DNA of 63,999 nt, counting the filler. It is 13 parts of 13 records of this genome, joined end to end, with 100 filler letters (N's around TTAATTAATTAA, not from the genome) between each part and the next. Parts side by side here need not be neighbours in the genome. Positions count along the whole stretch, not along the records: positions 1 to 5,711 come from SRR7504441_1898; positions 5,812 to 8,904 come from SRR7504441_1922; positions 9,005 to 17,992 come from SRR7504441_1925; 10 more parts are not named here. The stretch is one strand, 5' to 3'. Within the stretch, counting starts at the first letter, position 1, and each line of letters begins with the position of its first letter. Shown piece by piece: positions 1 through 9,492 of this stretch. The notes beneath the pieces were generated by a model, which saw nothing but the letters and a program-made list of their open reading frames with translations, made no database searches and was not told the DNA's origin. The translations under genes were made by a program, and so were the position numbers.

Positions 1-173
1 TAAGCAACGAACGGCCCTCGGTTGGTACCAGAGGGATTGGGAAGACAATTGGTATCTAGATAAGCAACGAACCCAATTGGTGCCGCGGCCTCTTCCCAAT
101 TGGGAAGACAATTCTGCTACCGTATCCGATGATTGGCCGCTTCATTAAGATTAATAGTTATGTACGTCGTTGT

Positions 174-912
174 TCACTTACCCGGGCTGATCACTAATCG
201 TTCAGCAACTGGCCGGTTCGGCGGTCGTGAGTTTCCCGGTGCGGTGGTCACCCGCGTGAGCTCGCCGTCGATGCTGCTCAGTGACTGCATCAGCCGCCTC
301 CGGGTTGCTTCTAATCTCTCCCGCCTTCTCCTAGGGTCGGCAGCTCGCCGGGCTGGCCCATCCGCCCCAGGGATGGGTAACGAACTATGCGGCCGACCGC
401 CCCAGCCGCTGCTCATCTGCCGGTACGTCGAGGTCATCGGCTCCGGCTTTGTATCGTCCCATATTCTACACCCACTCCCCACTGTCGCGTCCTTTAGCCG
501 CAGATACTCGGAGAACGTGCGCTTCCGCTGGGCTCCGGCTCAGTGCTACAGCGTGGGCGCGAGCCGGCACCTCGGCCTTGACCCGATCTGGGTCGTCGTA
601 CGGGTTGTTCTTTAAGGTCACTGCTGGCCCAAAGCTAAAGTGCGGCAGGCTCTCCAGCAGCTGGCCGCAGGGCTCAGTGGCCGGCCAGCGGGCGGGCGGA
701 CCGCGTTGTTGTTCTTCGGGCAGGCGGGCTGGCCGCGGATGGTGTGGCCGTACTTGCGCTTCCACTTGTCGGCGCACTCGAACTCGCCTGTCGGGGGCTC
801 GGGCGGCTGGACCGGCCGCGGGGGCACTCTCGAGCAGCTCGCGCCAGACCCAGGTGGCCTGGTTGTCGAACACGCACGAGCCGGTCGCGAACATGTTGCT
901 CACCGTCGGCAT
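174..912 (-). CDS. Hypothetical protein, possibly ciliary microtubule-inner-protein-like (at least 4 exons)
   Basis: Three GT-AG introns of 40-43 nt join ORF pieces into MPTVSN...QATWVWRELLESEFECADKWKRKYG...RKRTFSEYL...ISPGK*. The W-R-E-x8-W-x3-YG pattern recalls small axonemal MIP families (inference). Confidence 0.55.
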
Positions 913-978
913 GGTTGCCCCCCCCCTCTAGCCGCACCGCCTCGGCGAGGCTGCGCTAAAAATAACGACACAAGGCCG

Positions 979-1492
979 ATGGGCTCGAAGGCGAAGAAAG
1001 AGGTGCAGCTGGAGGTGCAGGTGCAAGGAGACCCGGCAGGGGGTGGGGGCGAGGCCGGGCAGAACGACGCGCACTGGAAGGATCTGGTCAAGGCCGAGGG
1101 CGCGCTCAGTGCGCCGTGCGGCTGGGGCCGGGCTGAGCAGTCGGGCAGTGGTGGAGGTGTATTCTCCACTGTGGGGGCCGTGCCAGTGCTTCAAGCAAGT
1201 GATCCAGCGGATGTACTACGAGTACATGGATAAGATGAAGTTCTGCGTGGTGCACCGCCCTCCCCGCCCCTGGCCCACCCTCTACAGGCCAATGCGGACG
1301 CCGTCGAGTCACTGGCCGAGTTTAAAGATAACCCCAAGCCCGTGTTCCTCATGTACAAGGACGGTCAGCGCATCGACGCTATCCAGGGTCAGCCCTCGAC
1401 GGGCGCTCGGTCGCTCACGAGGCGGGCCAGGGGTGAACGGCCCGCAGATTGAGCGGTCATTGGCTAGCCTCGCCGCATCTGTGGAGAGCTGA
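979..1492 (+). CDS. Thioredoxin-fold protein, NME8/TXNDC3 or dynein light chain LC3/LC5-like (5 exons)
   Basis: Introns about 1021-1062, 1109-1148, 1250-1287 and 1388-1430 give MGSKAKKEVQL...NDAHWKDLVKAEGALMVEVYSPLWGPCQCF...FCVANADAV...PVFLMYKDGQRIDAIQGVNGPQI, collinear with the NME8-type thioredoxin domain. Confidence 0.8.
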
Positions 1493-1854
1493 GCCTGTAG
1501 CTTAGTGGTGGCACCGCCCACCAGCACACACTCTTAAAATTTGGGCCGGCGCGTGCTGGCTTAGCTGCCCTGCCGCACCGGCCACATTTATAGCATGATA
1601 TATACAATCATGATTATCTAGGACGGACCGGATTCGACCGGCGGACCCAGCTTAACACTAACCTGGTAGTAACTGGATGGGGAGACGATGCGTGATAGCC
1701 TGTATTGCTTCGGGCCTAGTATCCAGGCGCGACGCTCTCGCCGATCTCTAGCTAGTGTACACAGCGAAAAAACAGAGTTGTAATCCATTAGCCAAGTCCC
1801 ACTGGCCTCCAAACAGGCGCAGGACAACACCCCCCACGACAGGCGCTCAGTAGG

Positions 1855-2098
1855 TCAATTGCCGCCCGGCCTGTCCACCACGGCCTCCTCCAGGTCGAAC
1901 TTGGGCTGCTTGGCCGCTGGGCGCACCACGCGCCGCTGCCGCTGGTCCTCCTCGGCCCGCTGTTGCTGCAGGCCTCCGGTCAGCCGCCCAGCCCACACCG
2001 GACAGCACCGGCACCCATATGGTGTAGTACCCCACCACCCCCGCCACCGCCCAGGCCGCCATGTTCCCGGCCCCGCGCATTCCCAGGGCCGAGACCAT
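1855..2098 (-). CDS. Small single-pass membrane protein (2 exons)
   Basis: MVSALGMRGAGNMAAWAVAGVVGYYTIWVP, a 43-nt GT-AG intron, then QQRAEEDQRQRR...GGN*. A hydrophobic WAVAGxxxYY helix is followed by a charged tail. Confidence 0.65.
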
Positions 2099-2149
2099 CC
2101 TGCGAAGGTGGCCTCCCCCGGCCGACTTCCGTTACTTTTGAGTGAGATC

Positions 2150-3766
2150 ATGATGGCACGCTCGGCGGTGGCCCGGCTCGCAGCGCTCCTGCTGCTGCAG
2201 TGCGTCGCCCCGGCCGCCCAAGAGCAGCCCAAATGCGCGGCCGGCCCGGCCCGGCAGTTCGTTGAGGACTGGCTCGCGCACCGGCGTCCGGCGGCCCAGG
2301 CTGCGCTCTGTCCGGCCTGTGCGGAGCTGCACCCGGAGCACGCCCGCGACCGATGCGCCGAGCTCTGCCGGGCGATGGCGGACCAGGGGGTGCTCGAGTC
2401 GGGGCACCGGCTGCTCAGCTGGCTGCTGCTGGACTTGCTCTTCCACCTAGCCGGGCCCGGGGGCTGCCTGGCCCCGATGCTGGTGGCCGGGTTCGCCGAC
2501 CAGTTGGCGGACGAGGCCGAGCCAGTGCCGGGCGACCCGATGGACGAGGGGCACTGGCACCGGGCGGCGGTGACCGTGGCGCTCAATCTCGGGCTGGAGC
2601 GAGGACTGATGGTGGTGGACAAAGCGGTGGCGGAGCACCCGCGGTCGGAGGCACTCTCGATACTCAAGGCGCATCTCCTCAAGCGGGACGGCAAGGCCAG
2701 GCCGGCGGTCAAGCTGCTCAAGCAGCTGTTCGGACAGGCCGAGCGGCAGGAGCTGCTGCACGCGGCATTCTCGCCCCGGGTGCCCACCAAGGACTTGGTT
2801 GCAAAGTTTAGTGCAGACCAAGTCCTTGAGGCCATCGCGCCCGGCGAGCCGCTGCTCGGCCTGGCCTCCGAGTATAATCTGATCAAGTGGGAGATGCGCA
2901 ACTTCCAGGCCTGGGGCACCGCAGAGCCGGCGCCTGACCTCAGCTGCGACCCCGCCACCGTGCTCCACTCCAGTCCGACGGAGCCGAATGTGCTGCTGGC
3001 GCTGCCACTGGTGGCCTCGGAGCAAGGCCGGTTCAAGCAGATTGGGGAGGTCTGGCGCGAGTTCCCGCCTTGCACTGCTGGCCGGCCGGAGGGCGGACGG
3101 GCCGACCTGATGTTACTCTTCTCTGGTAAGCTGGAGGAGACACCGGAGTGGCTAGACAAGTGGTCTGCGGAGATAGGCGAGCACCTCTCCTGTTTCGGGG
3201 AGGTCTATGTGTCGCACGCCGGGCTGACTGACGCACAGATCCGTTACGCGGGCGGGTGGGACGTGACCGGCCCAAACAATTTGCTGCACGCCATGATCTC
3301 ACACAACCAGTCGGCACACGAGCAGTACGACTATATGCTATGGATGGAATCAGACGTGTACCCGATACAGCAGGATTGGCTCGCGCGGGTGATCGAGGAG
3401 TGCCGGGGCCCGCGCGGCTTCTGGCGCAAGGGGAGCATCCAGTTTCCTCTGTACAACGACGTGGCTGTGGTTTCGACCCATCACAGGCACATGAACTCGA
3501 ATGGGCTGTACAGGCTCGGGGACGAGTGCTTCACCGAGCTGCTGCAGCAGGTCAAGGCCGAGTACGGGACCGCGCCCAACGACGCCGCGCTATACCTTTA
3601 CCTGCACAGCCGGGAGCATTTCAGGAAGTTCCAGCGATACGCTCACAAGTTTGCTTACACTGACATGCTCCAGAACTGGCTGGGCGATTGGTGCCGGCGG
3701 GAGGTGCTCGAGATCTCGCCCAATACGGTGCTGGTTCACGGCAAGCACCGCAAGACCGACTGCTAG
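2150..3766 (+). CDS. Secreted/luminal protein with a TPR-like helical region and a putative GT-A-like glycosyltransferase domain
   Basis: Signal peptide MMARSAVARLAALLLLQCVAPAA. C-terminal YDYMLWMESDVYP (ExD motif), FWRKGS and HMNSNGLY. Uninterrupted ORF; the ORF-track start at 1859 is an over-extension. Confidence 0.65.
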   Translation: MMARSAVARLAALLLLQCVAPAAQEQPKCAAGPARQFVEDWLAHRRPAAQAALCPACAELHPEHARDRCAELCRAMADQGVLESGHRLLSWLLLDLLFHLAGPGGCLAPMLVAGFADQLADEAEPVPGDPMDEGHWHRAAVTVALNLGLERGLMVVDKAVAEHPRSEALSILKAHLLKRDGKARPAVKLLKQLFGQAERQELLHAAFSPRVPTKDLVAKFSADQVLEAIAPGEPLLGLASEYNLIKWEMRNFQAWGTAEPAPDLSCDPATVLHSSPTEPNVLLALPLVASEQGRFKQIGEVWREFPPCTAGRPEGGRADLMLLFSGKLEETPEWLDKWSAEIGEHLSCFGEVYVSHAGLTDAQIRYAGGWDVTGPNNLLHAMISHNQSAHEQYDYMLWMESDVYPIQQDWLARVIEECRGPRGFWRKGSIQFPLYNDVAVVSTHHRHMNSNGLYRLGDECFTELLQQVKAEYGTAPNDAALYLYLHSREHFRKFQRYAHKFAYTDMLQNWLGDWCRREVLEISPNTVLVHGKHRKTDC

Positions 3767-3904
3767 CGGCGAATACCACTCTGTTACACACTCGACATAG
3801 ATAACAAGTCATTAGCTACGGTACACATGGCACGAACTAGCGCAATTTTACCACGATGCAGCTACGCTGCGGCAAGAGTTACTAGGATAGAATACATTTA
3901 CATT

Positions 3905-5140
3905 TTACAGCGGCAGCGCAGCGCCTTTGGTAGTCCACCCTAAGCGACTAAACAAACAATAGCTGAGTATCAAGTTGCCAGCTAGGAGTACCGCTGCCAC
4001 ACAATGCATCTCGTACCCTTGCTTGCCCGAAGCCTCAAACAGCGCAGCCCACATATAGTTGCCCATCGCCCCGGCCAGCGTGGCCTGAAATAGCACGTAC
4101 AAGCTCTGCAAATAGCTTCGGCTACCCACAGGTGCCAGCAGCTCGATCAGCTCCACACTCGCTGCCTGTGCTGGAGCCCAACAAGGCCCGTGCAACAACT
4201 GAAGCGCCCACACCGGCCAGCCACTTGCCTGAGGTCCGTTTATCGACGCGTGCAGCCACAGCCGGAGCATGAGCACGAGCTGCGAGCCAAATATGAGGCG
4301 AGCGTGCCCAAAGCGGGCGAGAAGACGATCCGAGTACGCAAGAAGCGGAAACCCACTCAGGACGCTCACTGCGCTGGCCATCCCATTGGCGCTGCTTGAC
4401 AGGCCGTACTCTAGCTCTATTTGCAGGTACAGCATCTGATCCGGCACCACCAGCACCAACCCGTGCAGGAAACTCACTACGAGCAGTGCCATCACCGGCG
4501 GCGGCACCGACCGTGCCCCGTCGCCGCTTTCATCAGCTGTGCCCCGTGCCGATTTCATCGGTTGCGGCGGAGTGGCGGCCATGGCGGCACCGATGCGCGG
4601 CGAGAGCAGCACCAGTCCGTACAGCAGGCTGAGCCAGTAGGTGAGCGTGAAGATGCTCTCGATCCCCAGCCAGTCTATCGCCACACCCGTCAGCCCCGAG
4701 AACAGACCCCAGCCGAGCGACCCCCAGAGTCGCTGCGGCCCGTACCCCTCGCCCGTCCCCCGGACCAGCTGGACTGTGAGCGCGTTGAGCACGCCGTTTG
4801 TGGCGGTGACGCTGCTCCGGAGCATTCGGACCGCCGCGATCTGCCAGAATGCTTGGGCCGGGAGCTCGCACACCAATCGGGTCAGCATGAGCAACCCGAC
4901 ACCGGCCAGCAGCCCAACCAGCAGCACCCGGTCCGGACGGCCGGTCCGGTCCGCCAGTCTTCCCCAGAGCGGCTGGGCTGCCGCTTTGGCGGCCATGGAG
5001 AGCGACTTGATCAGACCGGCCTGGGTCGGACTCAGCCCGACCGACCGGACGAGGTAGATGGCCGAGTAGCGGCTCCACGGGACCAGCGCAGCGCTGTTGC
5101 ACAGCTGGACGGTCTTTGCGTGCCACGCACCCGCCGCCAT
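3905..5140 (-). CDS. Major facilitator superfamily transporter (MFS_1-like/MFSD6-like)
   Basis: About 12 hydrophobic segments, with PLWGRLADRTGR, YGPQRLWGSLGWG and SDRLLARFG motifs. First ATG at 5140. Confidence 0.88.
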   Translation of the reverse strand: MAAGAWHAKTVQLCNSAALVPWSRYSAIYLVRSVGLSPTQAGLIKSLSMAAKAAAQPLWGRLADRTGRPDRVLLVGLLAGVGLLMLTRLVCELPAQAFWQIAAVRMLRSSVTATNGVLNALTVQLVRGTGEGYGPQRLWGSLGWGLFSGLTGVAIDWLGIESIFTLTYWLSLLYGLVLLSPRIGAAMAATPPQPMKSARGTADESGDGARSVPPPVMALLVVSFLHGLVLVVPDQMLYLQIELEYGLSSSANGMASAVSVLSGFPLLAYSDRLLARFGHARLIFGSQLVLMLRLWLHASINGPQASGWPVWALQLLHGPCWAPAQAASVELIELLAPVGSRSYLQSLYVLFQATLAGAMGNYMWAALFEASGKQGYEMHCVAAVLLAGNLILSYCLFSRLGWTTKGAALPL

Positions 5141-5280
5141 TCCACGCACCCCCCGTGCCACGCAAAACAAACGGATTTTTACTGCAACGGTCAAGTAGTA
5201 ACCTCTTCAATCAAAAAGGGGAAAAACCGTAACACTGTTCCTGATCAGGAAACAGAAGTTACGAGCGCCGGATCATCACC

Positions 5281-5711
5281 ATGTCGCACAGATTGCTCGC
5301 CGTGCTCGCCGTAGTAGCTGCTCTGACGCTCGCCGCCTCGACAGAGAGTTTCGGGGAGACCGATGCTGTGGTCCCCGAGCAGACGCAGGCAGTGGCCACC
5401 TCGCCCAGACCGGCTCCGGCAGCGGCTCCGGTAGCCTCACAAGATATCGTCGTCGCACACACCCTCACCTCGGCTCCGGTAGCGGCTCCGGCAGCGGCTC
5501 GAGCAAGACACTAGGTTCGAGCTACTGTTCAAGCGCCAACACAACCTCGGACACCGTCGTGATGGGGGGGTCCGTGATGGGGGGATCCCACACCATCAGC
5601 TGCCCGGGTGGCAAGACTGCCACATGCAAAAGTGGCACCCAAGGCTGCATGGACAACAGTTTGACTTACTGCGGCTCCGGTAGCGGCTCCGGCAGCGGCT
5701 CCGGCAGCGGC
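5281..5711 (+). CDS. Secreted GS-repeat, Cys-containing protein, 3' partial
   Basis: Signal peptide MSHRLLAVLAVVAALTLAAS. An intron ending at AG 5408 switches to a frame reading TGSGSGSGS...CPGGKTATCKSGTQGC...GSGSGS that stays open to the contig end. Confidence 0.65.
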
Positions 5712-5811
5712 NNNNNNNNNNNNNNNNNNNNNNNNNNNNNNNNNNNNNNNNNNNNTTAATTAATTAANNNNNNNNNNNNNNNNNNNNNNNNNNNNNNNNN
5801 NNNNNNNNNNN
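5712..5811. other. Artificial contig spacer
   Basis: N44-TTAATTAATTAA-N44, with stops in all six frames. Confidence 0.98.
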
Positions 5812-6896
5812 AGCCGGCCAGCGGGTTTGTGGCCACCGCCCAGCGGCAGGTCTCGCTGTTTGGCCCTGACGGGGTGGTAGCAGCGGCGAGTGCCAACTGC
5901 AGGCTGGAGGTGCTGGGCTCATCCAGCTGGCCGTTTGTAGCGCTACACGGGCAGTTCTGGTTGCTCCAGAGCTGGCGACCCAAGGCACAGGAAGAGCTGT
6001 ACGACCACTACAGCCGCCGGTTTGCGCCGCCTGGGCCGGGCGCCGTGGTGCACAGGCTGGCCCGTGCGGCGAGTGTGGTGCAGTTCGCTGCGACCAATTA
6101 CTACCATTTCATGCTGGAGTTGGTGCCCCGCCTAGTTATGCTCAAGCCGTTGCTACTGGCCGAGCCGGAGCTGCCTCTGATTGTGCCGGGCTGGGCCAAG
6201 CATGCGTTCATTTCCCAAGTATTTGATCTGCTGCCGTGGCTCGATCATGCCAGGCTTGTCGCTTACGATGTCGACGCGGGGCCCGGGGAGCGGCTGGCCG
6301 TGGAACGACTCAGCTGGGCTGACTGGACGCCAGTGGGCATGCGCGACGGGGATGCAGTGCAACAGACCCACTGCCTGGCGCCCAAGCCGGCACTCGAGGG
6401 CGCACGAGCTGAGCTAGTCGCTGGCCTCAACCGAACAAGCCGGGCTGGTCGGCCGTCGGTTGTGTTTCTGACCCGGCGCGGGGCTAGTATGCGGGTGTTG
6501 AAGCAGGAGGACGAGTTGGTCGCTCGGCTGCAGCAGGTGGTCCAACCACACGGTGCGGAGCTAGTGATCTTCGATTCTAGAGGCCTCTCTGTGCCTGCGC
6601 AAGCCGCAATATTCGGGAATGCAAGTGCCGTGGTCGGGGTCCACGGCGCCGCGTTCGCCAATACTATCTTCTGCGAGCCCGGGACCGCGGTGCTTGAGCT
6701 TGCCTTCCAAGGGCCGTTCACCCAGCACTACGCCCACGCGGCGGCGGCGCTCGGGCTGCTGTACGAACGTTTTCCGTTGGTGGCGGACGAGCGCGGGGTG
6801 GGCTCGCAAGTGGTGGTGGCGACTGAGTCGGTGCTGGAGGCACTTGTGAGTCGGATTGGCACGCACTTGGCCAGGCGAAGAACGCGAGAGCTCTGA
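5812..6896 (+). CDS. Glycosyltransferase family 61 (DUF563) protein, 5' partial
   Basis: NYYHFMLE, RxxxR (RRGASMR), QAAIF, VVGVHGAAFANTIFC and AVLEL motifs are typical of GT61. Confidence 0.88.
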
Positions 6897-7159
6897 GCGG
6901 CGGCTAGATGATCAATAAATACTCGTAAAGATCCGCCACATGTGCATCGTTCACATGTGCATCGGTAAAGATCCGATAGGCACATTCCTGAGGACGTGTA
7001 ACCTATACGTAGGAGGGATAGGATTGCGCGTACGGTTACATGCTTGTACAAACTAGATGATCAAGTTTTTATGTACAGACGTCGACACAATTAAGTAATG
7101 TTATGTTAGCTTAAGATAGCTTCAAAATTGAACGCCATTCAGCATTTCTGGTTAGTATG

Positions 7160-8791
7160 CTAGTCGGTCTTACCGTCCTCCTTCTCGTCGATATCCCCGG
7201 CGTTGCCCGGCGGAAGGAGCCAAATGAAAGCTAGCGGCAGCAGTTGTAGCAGGCTGACCACCAGCACGAGCTGCCACATGTACTTGAAGTTATGTGCATC
7301 CACGCCAAATAGAAGCGTGAGCAGCGCGCCCATCTCGGACCCTGCCAGGCTGCCAAAGTTCATAGTGGCAGTGAACAGAGCAAACACAGTCCCCTCCACT
7401 TTCTCCGGGCACAACAGCGCGGCCAGCGCGAAGAGCGGCATGACAGACGCTTGGCTGATGACGACAGACGTTGTGCTGTCGGTGACGAGAAAGATATCGT
7501 CAGGGATTCCCAGTTTAACATTGGTACGCGAGTAGAGCAGCACACCGAGCAGTGAGAAGACGGTCATCAGGATCGTGCCCCAGACCACCATGGTTCGCAC
7601 CGACACCTGCCCATGGCTGAGCGCTCCAGAGCAGGCGCTGGGCACCCCACGGAGGAACTTCTGGTACAAAATGATTCCGATCACACCAGCCACGTTCCCG
7701 AACACCGCCACTGTGGAGAGAACCTTAGACGACATGTTCTGCCCCGCCTGAGCCGCGGCCCGTCGGTCGGGCACCAATTCGTTGGTATAGAAGTAGTTGC
7801 TGGCGTCCCCAACCACTGGCGTGCCCTGCCATCCCTGCTCAGCACCGGCCGCAGTCGGGCGCACAAAGAAGATGAACAGGAAGATCAGGGCCCGGACTGT
7901 AACCCGGTGCTGGAGCGCACATTTCATCTGGTCATACCTGCTGAGCTCAGGTGGATACAAACCCGGTCGCTCACCATTCGCCGCACAGCTCGCCAAAGCC
8001 ACGAGTTTCGGTTGCAGCCTCCTCGTTAGCAAGCAGCGCCCCGGTTATACCGATCAACGGGACGATCCCCGACATAATGAACATCGTCCTATTGCCTGCA
8101 GGCCACTCAGCTCCAGCAGGCTTGCCGACCAACCGACAGCAGTGAGAGCGTATCCGCCGACGATGGCGCCCACGATCGACGAGACCATGTTGGTTCCCCA
8201 CATCCAGGACTGGAGGGTGGCCGCCCGCCCGAACTTGGTCCCGGTGCTGCATTCGACCGTCACAGCTTCCATGCACACATTCGCGAACGCATTGCCTGCC
8301 ACCCCGGCATGAGCCCTCTCCAAGCGATCGGGCCGACCGAGGTTATTGAAGAAATGGAGCGCGGCCACCGCGGCCAGGCTGTTGGCCACCGTCCCGATCA
8401 GCAGCCAGGTGAGCGCGCTGAGCAGCAGCCCAGCTACAATGTACGGGGTCCGGCGGCGGCCGAGCACCGGGAAGGCGTCGGTGAACAGGCCGTACAGCGG
8501 TTTGATGCTCCACGGGATCATCCGGACCAGGTTGAGCACCGAGCCCACCGTGGCCGGGTCCTCCCTCAGGTCGTCCTTGCAGAAGTAGAACATGGCCAGC
8601 GAGGGGAGAGTCTCGTTCAGCCCCTTGGACACAAACCCGAGCACCACCACCAAGTAGAAGTAGGCCGGGATCGGCTCCAGGTCGGCCTCGTCCAGCGCGG
8701 CCTCCTCCGGGTCGATCAGCGGCTCGGTCTCCGGCACATCCGCCGGGTCGGCCTTGGGCTCCGGCTTCTGATCTGATGTCCCGTTCTCCAT
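7160..8791 (-). CDS. Folate-biopterin transporter (BT1 family), about 7 exons
   Basis: IPWSIKPLYGLFTDAFPVLGRRRTPY, YFYTNEL, RTNVKLGIPD and LCPEKVEGTVFALF motifs. Six 30-42 nt GT-AG introns, including 7607-7645 and 7739-7774. Confidence 0.92.
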
Positions 8792-8904
8792 CGCACAAGT
8801 ATCCCAACTGCTCGGTGTTGGATGAAGCCTTGGTCGATGCCGCCAACAGAGCTGCTGCACCGGGCAGCTCGCCATGGGCACGCAGCGGTGGTGGAGCGGC
8901 TGCT

Positions 8905-9004
8905 NNNNNNNNNNNNNNNNNNNNNNNNNNNNNNNNNNNNNNNNNNNNTTAATTAATTAANNNNNNNNNNNNNNNNNNNNNNNNNNNNNNNNNNNNNNNN
9001 NNNN
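8905..9004. other. Artificial contig spacer
   Basis: N44-TTAATTAATTAA-N44. Confidence 0.98.
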
Positions 9005-9282
9005 CGCCGCCGCTGTCCCCTGTTGTTGTTGTTGCCTCAACGGGTCTCCTGCAGCTCCTCTCAAGACTATGCGCTGGCATAGGTACTGATCTACTCGTAC
9101 AAGCACGCAAGCACCGTGAAACGTGTGTCCTCGTCATGAAGACCTATAGTTATACGTGGTTGCAAAAGTTCTAAATAATTACAGTACCTCAACGTAGGAG
9201 CGCCAGGTTAACGTAAACGGTGTAGAGCACATGCACCCTGCGCATGACCCTGCGTAAACCTAGGCCAATAAAGAAGAGCACC

Positions 9283-9492
9283 TCATCCGCGGCGGTAGAA
9301 GAGCTCGCGCTCAGCGGCTTGGGCTTGCATGAACTCAACGAAGAAATTTTGTGCGATCTGGCCTTGGCACGCCAGAAATTCCGGCACAGGTACAAGCGGA
9401 GGCGGAGGCGGAGGCGGAGGCAGCACGGCGTCCGGCGATAGCAAGCCGGATCCGGAGCGCAACGCCAGGCCAGGCAGAGCAGACGGCGGCAT
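9283..9492 (-). CDS. Possible small proline-rich hypothetical protein
   Basis: 69-aa ORF with a polyPro tract and a helical C-terminus (FFVEFMQAQAAERELFYRRG), divergent from ASCC3. No family recognised. Confidence 0.3.
   Translation of the reverse strand: MPPSALPGLALRSGSGLLSPDAVLPPPPPPPPLVPVPEFLACQGQIAQNFFVEFMQAQAAERELFYRRG

Noticed and set aside
69-79. 11-mer GAACCCAATTG shared with the 40353 hairpin
   Set aside because: At 40353 it derives from coding sequence, and a single 11-mer match in 64 kb is expected by chance.
1-113. CRISPR-like array
   Set aside because: Only two partial units, no spacer series, no cas genes, and a eukaryotic context.
1855-3159. Long antisense or alternate-frame ORFs (also 4421-5314, 49445-50731, 59582-60925)
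   Set aside because: Shadow ORFs of GC-rich genes, with R/A/P/G-biased composition and no motifs.
5712-5811. Recurrent TTAATTAATTAA element (12 copies) as a biological repeat or piggyBac-like site
   Set aside because: It is always centred in exactly 44+44 Ns, so it is an artificial six-frame-stop linker. ORFs ending in X..LIN are artefacts.
2150-8791. Glycosylation/transport gene cluster (GT-like, MFS, GT61, BT1)
   Set aside because: It spans an artificial spacer, so physical linkage is not established.
9396-9421. (GCGGAG)4 repeat as a polyArg peptide or telomere-like repeat
   Set aside because: A short microsatellite, best explained as a polyPro tract on the minus strand.
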